Source: an uncultured Treponema sp.
Lineage (GTDB): Bacteria > Spirochaetota > Spirochaetia > Treponematales > Treponemataceae
Direction of reading: 5' to 3'
Length of the DNA: 33,473 nucleotides
Assembly: GCA_964525075.1 (NCBI GenBank)
Contig: CAZGDL010000004.1
Span: forward strand, 1 to 33,473
The position numbers and the translations under genes were made by a program. Under the pieces are notes generated by a model. That model was not told where the DNA came from. It made no database searches and saw nothing but the letters and a program-made list of their open reading frames with translations. Every line of letters begins with the position of its first letter. The stretch's first letter is position 1. Of this stretch, positions 25,687 to 33,473 are shown one piece after another.

Positions 25687-28600
25687 TTACTTTTGCAAAA
25701 TGAATTCTACACGGCGGTTTTTCCAGTTGTTATCCTTATCTTTTGGATTAACAACAGGTTTTGTACCACCAAGACCTTCCGTTGCAAGAGCAGATGCACT
25801 TACTCCGCGTTTAATCAGGTAAGCTTTGATTGCTTCGGCACGCTCTTTAGAAAGTGGTGTCAAAGCACGTCCCCAAAGTCTAGGATTATCAGTATTTTCC
25901 TCTTCAGGATTATCTGTAAGCTTGTTTGCATGACCTTCAATTGTTACCGAGTAATCTTTGAACTTCTTCAAAATATCAGCAATACGGTTCAAAATTTGGA
26001 GGTTCTTATCAACCTGTTCCTGGGTAAGTTTTGCATTTGCTGTCTGGAAATTGTCAGAATCAGATTCAAAGATGATTGAAGGAACAGCCATCTTCAAAAC
26101 ACTACCATCACGAATAACAAGAACATCAACAGGAATTACGCCTTTTACAGTAGAAGTCATTCCCAAATTATCTGTCACAGTGAATGTGTAAGGATAATCC
26201 ATTGCCGACTGAACACGTTCCGCATTTCCGTTAGCATCTTTTTGAAGGTTACTCAAACCGTCCCAAATAATTCTTTCGGTAATTTGAGATTTTCCAGAAG
26301 TCTTCCAGAATGGGCGACCTTTTGGATCGTCGATTGTGAATGACCAGTTTTTAATTCTTGCTTTTGTAGAGCCAGAAAGTTTGATATACAAATCATCATC
26401 AACACCATCATTATCTGGACTAAAGAATTCTGGTGCAGTCTGAACTTTCAACTGAGGAGGAGTTGCTGTACAAACAAAGGCAGAAGAAACAGCCGAAACT
26501 TTATTACCATTTTTGTAAGTAACATCCAAAGTTCCAGTAAATGTGCCTTCTGCGGCATTTCCATCTTTATCAGCACCATTCCAGTTTATAGTTGCAGGGA
26601 GATTTGCTGAATCTTTTTCTGTCAAAGAATAAACACTAGTTCCATCTTCACGGCGAACATCAAAAGCCCATGCAACTATGCTATCCGTAACCGTAGTTTT
26701 GATTTCAAATTTCTGAGTATCAAAGACGCCATCGTTGTTTGGAGAAATACCTTCGTATTCAGCTGTGATATAGCCCTTTGTTTCGCGGTTATCCAGGGCA
26801 AGATTTTTCAATTCTGTAGAGAATGAGTTACCTGCATCATCAGTTGAATGAATTATGATGCTGTAATCCCCATTTTCACAAATATTTCCAGATTCATCTG
26901 AGCCGTCCCAAACAAAACCTTCACTAAGTCCATTCCAAGTGAACTTTCTGACAGTTTTGTCTTTTGCGTTACGAACTTCGGCAGTCCAAAGTTTTTCTGA
27001 TGAAGAATCTTTGATTGTCACAGGAATATTTTTCTGATTTCCGTTTCCAGTTGGAGCAAATGCAGTCCAAGGAATTTCTGCAGAAAGTTTTGGTTCAAGG
27101 GTATCAAGCTCAAATGATTGAGTTGTTGCATTTGCCGTAGAACCGTTTGCAACTGTAATTGCAAGTTGGGCAGAATAAAATCCATCAGCAGACAAAATCT
27201 TATCATTATCTTTACCATCCCAAACAAAATTTACTGGGAGTTTTGAATCAGATTTTACAGTGTAAACAATTTTTCCATCAGCATTTTTAATATCAAACTG
27301 ATAAGAAACAACATCTTTTGTAGCAGTTACAGGAGTAAATGTGATTGTGTCCTTTACCTTATTACCATTTGGCGAGAAAGCTGTATCAGACATAGCGAGC
27401 AAAAGCTGGGCTTCGGTTGTATCAAATGTTACAAACTGGGCAGTTTCGCCACCACCAAGGTTACCAGCCTGGTCAGTTCCAAAAACCACAAACTTGTACT
27501 GGCCTTTTTCCGCAATTTCGCCCTTATCATTAATACCATTCCATGTAACAGATTCAGGAGGATATTCTCCAAAATCATAAGATTTTACGACTGTAGAACC
27601 ATCAGCAGAACGGATTTCTCCTTTCCAAGAAGTTACTGGAGCACCAGCGGATGGAGTAATCATAATTGCAAATTTTACAGAATCTTTTGCACCGGCTCCA
27701 AAAACTTTATCAGAAGAAGTAATCTGGGCAGCAGGTTTTTCTGTATCCAAAACCAAAACTGGAGAAGTCAACTTTGCAGGAACATAACCGTTCAAATATT
27801 TAGCAGTAACAGAAGCCTGATATTCGCCATCAGGAAGTTTTTTGCCATTTGAATCTGTACCATCAAAAATGACTGTATCTGGAGGATTTTCGCCAGAATT
27901 TGTCTGATTATATTCTCGGACAACATTTCCCTTTTTGTCTTCAATAGAAAGTGCCCATTCAACAAGTTTATTTCCAGTTTTTGCATCTGGAACAGGAATT
28001 GTAAGGTTGAATGTGATGTTCTGAGATTTACTGTCGGTCTGTGGTGAAAAATAACGAGAACCGTCTACATAAATGTTGGTGGCAGGTTTATCAGCCGAAT
28101 AAATGATATTTGTAATTCCAGTTTTTGGAGCAACGTTTCCGGCTCGGTCGGTAGCAGTAATATCATAAGAATAAACTCCATCAGGAAGCTGGGCTTCTTT
28201 ATCATCTGTACCATACCAGTTGAATTCTGCCGGCTCGGCGTTTGTCCATTTTACAGTTTTTACAACAGAGCCATCGGCAGAGCGGAAAGTTCCAACCCAA
28301 GAATCTTCCACAGAACCTGTTTGTCTAATTTTGAATGCAGATTTTGCCCCCTCGCCAAAAATCTTATCACCAGGCTGGGCAAGTTCAACTTCTGGGGCAA
28401 GAGTATCAACAATCACCTCATACTCTTTTGTTTTACCTTCGTTGCCATTATCATCAACAGCACTTACATAGTAAAAATATTTGCCATCAGGAGCGGTTTC
28501 ACCATTATTCATAGCACCGTTCCAAGTGATTGATTCAGGAATCTGAACCCCGGATTTTGCCGTTACAAGTTGCTTAAAAAATGATTTAAAACCAACTTTT

Positions 28601-28824
28601 TCTGGCAGGGCAATTTTATTTCCGATTGTTCTTACGACATTATGATTTTCGTCCATAATCACAAGACTCCAGCCCTGTACATAACGTTTGTCGTTAATTT
28701 TCAGGGGGATAACAAGTTCGTCCTGGACACCGTCGTTGTTAGGAGAAATATATTTTGGCACCGCAAAAATCGAAGCCGAAATTAAAATTAAAAGAAAACT
28801 TATAGATAAAAACTTTTTCATCAT
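25687..28824 (-). CDS. Secreted protein with 8 FlgD/CHU_C-like Ig repeats and a C-terminal OmpA-like peptidoglycan-binding domain
   Basis: Signal peptide; eight ~110-aa repeats with (F/I)SPNxDG and W(D/N)G...DGxY; C-terminal IEGHAN...LSKERAEAIKAYL...KNRRVEF. RBS AGGAGGT; the second ATG (28821) may be the real start. Confidence 0.88.
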   Translation of the reverse strand: MMKKFLSISFLLILISASIFAVPKYISPNNDGVQDELVIPLKINDKRYVQGWSLVIMDENHNVVRTIGNKIALPEKVGFKSFFKQLVTAKSGVQIPESITWNGAMNNGETAPDGKYFYYVSAVDDNGNEGKTKEYEVIVDTLAPEVELAQPGDKIFGEGAKSAFKIRQTGSVEDSWVGTFRSADGSVVKTVKWTNAEPAEFNWYGTDDKEAQLPDGVYSYDITATDRAGNVAPKTGITNIIYSADKPATNIYVDGSRYFSPQTDSKSQNITFNLTIPVPDAKTGNKLVEWALSIEDKKGNVVREYNQTNSGENPPDTVIFDGTDSNGKKLPDGEYQASVTAKYLNGYVPAKLTSPVLVLDTEKPAAQITSSDKVFGAGAKDSVKFAIMITPSAGAPVTSWKGEIRSADGSTVVKSYDFGEYPPESVTWNGINDKGEIAEKGQYKFVVFGTDQAGNLGGGETAQFVTFDTTEAQLLLAMSDTAFSPNGNKVKDTITFTPVTATKDVVSYQFDIKNADGKIVYTVKSDSKLPVNFVWDGKDNDKILSADGFYSAQLAITVANGSTANATTQSFELDTLEPKLSAEIPWTAFAPTGNGNQKNIPVTIKDSSSEKLWTAEVRNAKDKTVRKFTWNGLSEGFVWDGSDESGNICENGDYSIIIHSTDDAGNSFSTELKNLALDNRETKGYITAEYEGISPNNDGVFDTQKFEIKTTVTDSIVAWAFDVRREDGTSVYSLTEKDSANLPATINWNGADKDGNAAEGTFTGTLDVTYKNGNKVSAVSSAFVCTATPPQLKVQTAPEFFSPDNDGVDDDLYIKLSGSTKARIKNWSFTIDDPKGRPFWKTSGKSQITERIIWDGLSNLQKDANGNAERVQSAMDYPYTFTVTDNLGMTSTVKGVIPVDVLVIRDGSVLKMAVPSIIFESDSDNFQTANAKLTQEQVDKNLQILNRIADILKKFKDYSVTIEGHANKLTDNPEEENTDNPRLWGRALTPLSKERAEAIKAYLIKRGVSASALATEGLGGTKPVVNPKDKDNNWKNRRVEFILQK

Positions 28825-28831
28825 CTACCTC

Positions 28832-29896
28832 CTACTCCTGGTCCAAGCCAATTAAAATAATTTCTGGAGCAGAAGTATCTTTCATACCCAAATCCACATC
28901 CAGGCCAGCAGAAATTGCATGAATGCCCTGGTAGAGATTTTTGTAAGCGGCAGAAACAGACATTTCGCTCTGGCTCCAGTCTTTTGAAGCAAAATATTCG
29001 CTATTTTTAATATCGAATGTAAAATTAAAAATCAATCCGATTGAAGGAATATAATTTTTGTGACCATTTAAAGATTCGCGCAAGTTGAATTTTTCGCCAA
29101 GGCTGATAAAAAGCATATCTTTGATTCCAGCCTGCAAGTTCAAATCAACAATAAGATTTTGGAAAGCCGGCAATGTAAAATCCAAGGCAGCCCCAATTTC
29201 AAAATTATCATTTTTGACAAAAGAACCAGACGCACCAAATTTTAATGTTGCAATGCTAGGATAAGCAGTGATTGCTTCTTCCGTGGTCATTCCAAGTCGC
29301 AAAAGGTCTGAATAATTTTTTCCAAGATTAAGAATTGAAGCCCCGTAGCGGAATTTTTTGAAAAATCCTAAATCACCATAATTGTAAAGGAAGCCAAGGT
29401 TTGCCCCCAAAGCCCAGTCTGTGCCATATTTCCAGGCAAAACCACCTGATAAACTTGCCCCTACATTCAATTTATCAGTAATTTCTTTGGAAAGTCCCAC
29501 TTTTGCATTAACCGAATCACCAAGATACATTTCCTGAGTAAAATTTGCAGTAGTAAAATTTACATATCCGCTAAAAACATAAAGTTTAGACGGTATGAGG
29601 ATTGCCCCCTGCAGGGCGGTTCCAATCTTCGACTCATCTAAATCATTTCCAGAATAAAGAAAAGTACCTGCAACATTTAAATTTACCCGCTGTTCACTTG
29701 CGGTCAAAGCCGGATTCACAACAATTGATTCTGCACCAGCTGCAAAAATTGCACCACCAGTTACAGAAAGCCCTCCAGAAAGTGTACGTGGACTCGAAAG
29801 TAAACACATATCTTCGCTTCCAACAGGAGGATTATAAGCATTTAAGGCAGACAAAAGTAATGTGACCATTACCGCTGTAACTGCAATTTTTTTCAT
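28832..29896 (-). CDS. Predicted outer-membrane beta-barrel, FadL/PorV/UPF0164-like
   Basis: Signal peptide; SPRTLSGG...ESIVVNPA motif typical of the FadL-like hatch; amphipathic strands; GASILNLG signature; RBS AAGGAG. Confidence 0.7.
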   Translation of the reverse strand: MKKIAVTAVMVTLLLSALNAYNPPVGSEDMCLLSSPRTLSGGLSVTGGAIFAAGAESIVVNPALTASEQRVNLNVAGTFLYSGNDLDESKIGTALQGAILIPSKLYVFSGYVNFTTANFTQEMYLGDSVNAKVGLSKEITDKLNVGASLSGGFAWKYGTDWALGANLGFLYNYGDLGFFKKFRYGASILNLGKNYSDLLRLGMTTEEAITAYPSIATLKFGASGSFVKNDNFEIGAALDFTLPAFQNLIVDLNLQAGIKDMLFISLGEKFNLRESLNGHKNYIPSIGLIFNFTFDIKNSEYFASKDWSQSEMSVSAAYKNLYQGIHAISAGLDVDLGMKDTSAPEIILIGLDQE

Positions 29897-30031
29897 AAGA
29901 ATCTCCTTACTATTAACTCTAACGAAGTTCCGTTAGAAGTATCAAAATTCGCTTTCATTATATAAGAAGCCTCTATTTTATTCCACAAAATTAAAAAATC
30001 AGAAAATCCTAAAATCACAAAATTCAAAAAC

Positions 30032-30060
30032 TTGAATTAACCTTTTAATTGACTTATATT
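30032..30060 (+). promoter_or_regulatory. Sigma70 promoter directly before ATG 30068 (leaderless)
   Basis: TTGAAT (30032-30037)-17 bp-TATATT (30055-30060)-7 nt-ATG; no SD. Confidence 0.7.
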
Positions 30061-30067
30061 CTTTATT

Positions 30068-31633
30068 ATGGATATTAAACAGAATAAAGATAAATCGGAA
30101 ACAAAAACTCCTGAACATAAAGAAGGCTTTTTTCAAGCTTTATTTGCATCTCTTTTTAAGGCTTCCAGTCCCGAAGCAGAAAAAAAACGAAAGCTAAAAA
30201 ATATTGCCAAGGCCTTTTCTAAATCAAAATATCACAATTTTTATAAGCCTATTTCTAACGAAGTTATGGCACCTTTTGGCAAGCTGATGTTTGATATTTA
30301 CAAAATGATTGCACCAGCCCAAATCCTTTTTAAAAACACAGCAAATCCTGCAATTTTTAAAAGACAAATCATCAATTATCTGATTTCGGATAAACAGGCA
30401 GAACTTTTGGCCCAGATTGATGAGCAAAATATCATTCAAATGGCAAAAAAAGTCCCGCTTTCCCAGTTGCAAAAAGATGTTGACGCTAAATTGCAGCAGT
30501 TTATGAATGAATTTGATGATGCAAAAACTTTAAAAGCTGATAATCTTTGCAAGGCGTTTACTATTTTCCAGGATTTTTGTGATTATGATTTTTACGTTTT
30601 AATCAAAAAATTTGACTCAAGCTTCCGGGAATACGATTTCAACCTTTCTCCAAAAATTGACAAGGTAAATGGAACTTATGTTGTTAACGAAATTAAAGAT
30701 TTTCTGGCAGTTGCCTATTCCATCACCGATGACAATATTGACTGGTCAGAATTATTTAATTTCTTAAAAGAAAGTCAGAATAAAGACCTTATTTCGCTTG
30801 GAAACTGGAAAAAAATTGTTGCCAGAATTAAAAATATTCAGATTTCCAAGTCTTTGGATCTGGCAGTTCAGCATATGTCAGAAGATCCAGATTATGTGAC
30901 AGAGACAAGTTACCATTATCAGCCATTGCTGGAACCTTATGTTGATAAGATTGAGGACGAAACCAGGACTTTGCTTTCAAAAATTGCCTACGAACAAAAA
31001 GAATCGAAGGCAAATTCTATTTGTATGCAGATTTTTGGGACAGCAGATCCTCAGAGCTTAAAATATTACGTTTCGAACTTTAATCCTCCTCTCGAAAAAA
31101 AGGATTTGAACACCTTGGAATACACAGAGCCGTTAAATTATCTGAAAACATTCCTTGTTGATTTTGTAAAAAAAGAAATTCGCGAATTTTATGATGTAGT
31201 CATAATCCGCGGTCAATGGGATGCCACACTTTCTGCCCCATTTTCAAATTCTTTCCAGGAACTTTTAAAAACTTCCGATGAAATTACCTCTTTTGATGAA
31301 AAATTTGCGGAAGAAGGACCTTGGGGAATGAAGGTCAAAACCCTTTTACCAAAAACCGCCCATGATGCGGGTGCAGAAAGTATCATAAATCGAGTTGTTT
31401 CTGATGGAAACGACCAGGCCCGTGAATTTATCATCAGTGCTACAAAAAATCTGATTATAATCGGAAAAACCGTAAAACAGCTGATTGAAGATTACACAAA
31501 GCCGAAGCCTGTTCTAGTTGCCAACTGGAAAGAACTAGAAAAATTTATAGACCAGCCGATGAAAGAATATAGTGTGAATATTTACAAAAAGCTGTATTTG
31601 TTTGTTCAGCTGATGCAGACTTATGTGGGGTAG
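30068..31633 (+). CDS. Conserved spirochaete helical protein (DUF5312-like)
   Basis: 521-aa ORF, SPEAEKKRKLKNIAK, FCDYDFYVLIKKFD, IIRGQW; cytoplasmic, helical. Family assignment from recollection. Confidence 0.62.
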   Translation: MDIKQNKDKSETKTPEHKEGFFQALFASLFKASSPEAEKKRKLKNIAKAFSKSKYHNFYKPISNEVMAPFGKLMFDIYKMIAPAQILFKNTANPAIFKRQIINYLISDKQAELLAQIDEQNIIQMAKKVPLSQLQKDVDAKLQQFMNEFDDAKTLKADNLCKAFTIFQDFCDYDFYVLIKKFDSSFREYDFNLSPKIDKVNGTYVVNEIKDFLAVAYSITDDNIDWSELFNFLKESQNKDLISLGNWKKIVARIKNIQISKSLDLAVQHMSEDPDYVTETSYHYQPLLEPYVDKIEDETRTLLSKIAYEQKESKANSICMQIFGTADPQSLKYYVSNFNPPLEKKDLNTLEYTEPLNYLKTFLVDFVKKEIREFYDVVIIRGQWDATLSAPFSNSFQELLKTSDEITSFDEKFAEEGPWGMKVKTLLPKTAHDAGAESIINRVVSDGNDQAREFIISATKNLIIIGKTVKQLIEDYTKPKPVLVANWKELEKFIDQPMKEYSVNIYKKLYLFVQLMQTYVG

Positions 31634-31654
31634 GTGCTAAAAAGCCCCTCTCCC

Positions 31655-32323
31655 CTATCTTTTTGCCTGCATCTTATTGCTGAGTTTTGTGCCTATCACC
31701 TGAATCACTTCGACCAAAATCAAAATAATGGCTACAGACCCCAGCATATATTCAACGCGGTAACGCTGATAGCCGTAACGAATTGCAACGTCGCCAAGTC
31801 CACCACCGCCGACTGTTCCTGCCATAGCAGAATATCCAATCAGATTGATAATGGTCAAAGTAACGCCATTTATGATTGAAGGCATTGCCTCTGGAATTAA
31901 AACTTTGAAAATAATCTGCTTGTTTGTAGAACCCATTGATCTGGCCGCCTGAATAACGCCTGGTTCAACTTCTTTGAGGCTGGATTCAATGACGCGGGCC
32001 ACAAAAGGTGCGGCAGCAATTGTCAGAGGAACGATAGAAGCCTTAGTTCCAATTGCGGTATGAACTATAACTCGGGTAAATGGGAAGAGCAAAATCACAA
32101 GAATTACAAAGGGAATGGCCCTAAGAATATTTATGATTATAGACAAAACCTGATTTAAAGCTTTGCGAGGCTTTAATCCGCTGGCTGGATCGCTTGTACA
32201 AAGGAGGATGCCTAGAGGGAAGCCCAAAATCATACTGAAAACTGTCGAAAACAAAACCATCACAAGGGTTTGCCAGGTGGCTGTTCCAATTACTGTCAAA
32301 TACTTTACAACTTCTGGATTCAT
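31655..32323 (-). CDS. metI: Methionine ABC transporter permease
   Basis: RAIPFVILVILL, APFVARVIE, EAA-like loop IQAARSMGS, SAMAGTVGGGGLGDVAIRYGYQRY; start ATG 32323 just after the metN stop. Confidence 0.93.
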   Translation of the reverse strand: MNPEVVKYLTVIGTATWQTLVMVLFSTVFSMILGFPLGILLCTSDPASGLKPRKALNQVLSIIINILRAIPFVILVILLFPFTRVIVHTAIGTKASIVPLTIAAAPFVARVIESSLKEVEPGVIQAARSMGSTNKQIIFKVLIPEAMPSIINGVTLTIINLIGYSAMAGTVGGGGLGDVAIRYGYQRYRVEYMLGSVAIILILVEVIQVIGTKLSNKMQAKR

Positions 32324-32324
32324 A

Positions 32325-33338
32325 TTATTCACCAACCTTTTCTACAATAATTTTCTGCTGATTAAGATATTCCAAAGCATCATTTATCTGAGAACCGCTA
32401 AAATCAACAATCATTTTGCCAACATCACCATCTGTAAGATGCTGAACGCCAGCCGCCCTGATATTAAATTCCACATCGAATTTTTTAGCCAGTTGACTCA
32501 AAACCGGAGCTCCCTGCTGGTCTGACGGGAAAGAAAGTTCATACTGACCGCCTTCATTTGACCAGCGAACAATATCATCCTTTTTCTGATTAGAAGAAAT
32601 ATGAGAAATAAAATCTTTTGTGACAGGACTTTTAGGATTTAGGAAAATATCGTTGACATTTCCAACTTCCACAACCTGGCCTTCGTTTATAACTGCAACT
32701 TGGGAGCAAGCGTCGCGGACAACTTCCATCTGGTGGGTAATCATCACGACGGTAAGGTTCATCTGGCTCTGGATTTTTCTGATAAGGTTCAAAATCGAAG
32801 TCGTAGTCTGAGGATCGAGAGCAGAAGTAGCTTCATCACAAAAAAGAATATCCGGATTATTTGCAAGGGCTCGGGCAATCGCAATTCTCTGCTTTTGACC
32901 GCCTGACAAAGTTGAAATTCTGGCATTTTTTCGATCAGAAAGTTCTACAATTTCCAAAAGTTCATCAACCCTTTTATTTATCTGCTCTTTTGGAAGTCCG
33001 CAAATTTCCATTGGGTAGGCAATATTTTGTCCAGCCGACCGTGACGAAAACAAATTAAAATTTTGAAAAATCATACCAATGCGGCGACGTCTTAAAACCA
33101 GTTCTTTTTCATCAAGATTATCAACCCGCTGACCATCATACAAAACCTGGCCAGAATCAGGACGTTCCATCATACTCACAAGTCGAACCAGGGAAGATTT
33201 TCCAGCCCCGGACTTTCCGATAATTCCAAAAATTTCGTTAGAAGGAATGGTCAAAGAAACGCCATCAACAGCTTTCACCTGGCTAAAGCCATCAGCCGAT
33301 GTATAAGTTTTAAATAAATCCTTTAATTGTATTTGCAT
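32325..33338 (-). CDS. metN: Methionine ABC transporter ATP-binding protein
   Basis: Walker A GKSGAGKS, IFQNFNL, LSGGQKQRIAIARAL, CDEATSALDP, ITHQM, C-terminal NIL-like domain. Confidence 0.93.
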   Translation of the reverse strand: MQIQLKDLFKTYTSADGFSQVKAVDGVSLTIPSNEIFGIIGKSGAGKSSLVRLVSMMERPDSGQVLYDGQRVDNLDEKELVLRRRRIGMIFQNFNLFSSRSAGQNIAYPMEICGLPKEQINKRVDELLEIVELSDRKNARISTLSGGQKQRIAIARALANNPDILFCDEATSALDPQTTTSILNLIRKIQSQMNLTVVMITHQMEVVRDACSQVAVINEGQVVEVGNVNDIFLNPKSPVTKDFISHISSNQKKDDIVRWSNEGGQYELSFPSDQQGAPVLSQLAKKFDVEFNIRAAGVQHLTDGDVGKMIVDFSGSQINDALEYLNQQKIIVEKVGE

Positions 33339-33345
33339 GTTGATG

Positions 33346-33373
33346 ATTATAGTAAATTACAGAGGATTGTGAA
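33346..33373 (-). promoter_or_regulatory. Promoter directly before the metN ATG (leaderless)
   Basis: TTCACA (33368-33373)-16 bp-TATAAT (33346-33351)-7 nt-ATG; no SD. Confidence 0.7.
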
Positions 33374-33411
33374 ACAGAAATTTAAGTACGCAACATATTG
33401 CCTTTTCTATG

Positions 33412-33473
33412 CGTCATGGTGCCCCTGAATCAAGTTCAGGGTTCAACATCTTATCAGCACGTCATGCTGAACT
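33412..33473 (+). repeat. CGTC-tagged REP cluster, truncated by window end
   Basis: cgtcatggtgcccctgaatcaagttcagggttcaacatct (33412-33451) matches the reverse complement of 1538-1573; cgtcatgctgaact (33460-33473) matches the reverse complement of 1483-1496. Confidence 0.85.

Noticed and set aside
28825..28834. Barrel/OmpA split as a sequencing frameshift or pseudogene
   Set aside because: The downstream gene has its own perfect SD and a complete signal peptide
29918..29937. Hairpin tctaacg/cgttaga in the 5' UTR of the barrel gene as a riboswitch
   Set aside because: Single small stem that does not overlap the SD and has no U-tract or recognisable aptamer

Overview
Chromosomal segment of a low-GC spirochaete, most likely a gut/rumen Treponema. 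This is inferred from the gene families and cannot be proven here. Most genes are on the minus strand. It contains: (1) a complete glucuronate catabolic operon uxuA-uxuB-uxaC-eda-kdgK with a clear sigma70 promoter and a palindromic operator; (2) an envelope gene cluster (secreted hypothetical, 973-aa TPR protein, predicted beta-barrel with a TonB-box-like N-terminus, ExbB/TolQ, ExbD/TolR, Pro-rich TonB/TolA-like protein); (3) a fused 2-hydroxyacyl-CoA dehydratase/activase; (4) a DUF4954-like protein; (5) an M16-fold protein lacking HxxEH; (6) tRNA-Asn(GTT); (7) a FadL/UPF0164-like barrel followed by an 8x Ig-repeat/OmpA_C protein; (8) a DUF5312-like protein; (9) metN-metI. The intergenic DNA is rich in structure: CGTC-tagged REP clusters, GAGCG-NNN-CGAA structured elements, and a 20-21-bp satellite with a 100-bp higher-order period. 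Several genes look leaderless. The top candidates for something new are an unannotated type I toxin-antitoxin-like module at 25047-25340 (25-aa hydrophobic peptide, convergent ~88-nt sRNA, extensive 5'-3' mRNA pairing) and an apparent split barrel/Ig-rod pair in which the barrel's C-terminus looks like the missing first strand of the next protein's first Ig domain. No integrase, transposase, CRISPR array or rRNA was seen.
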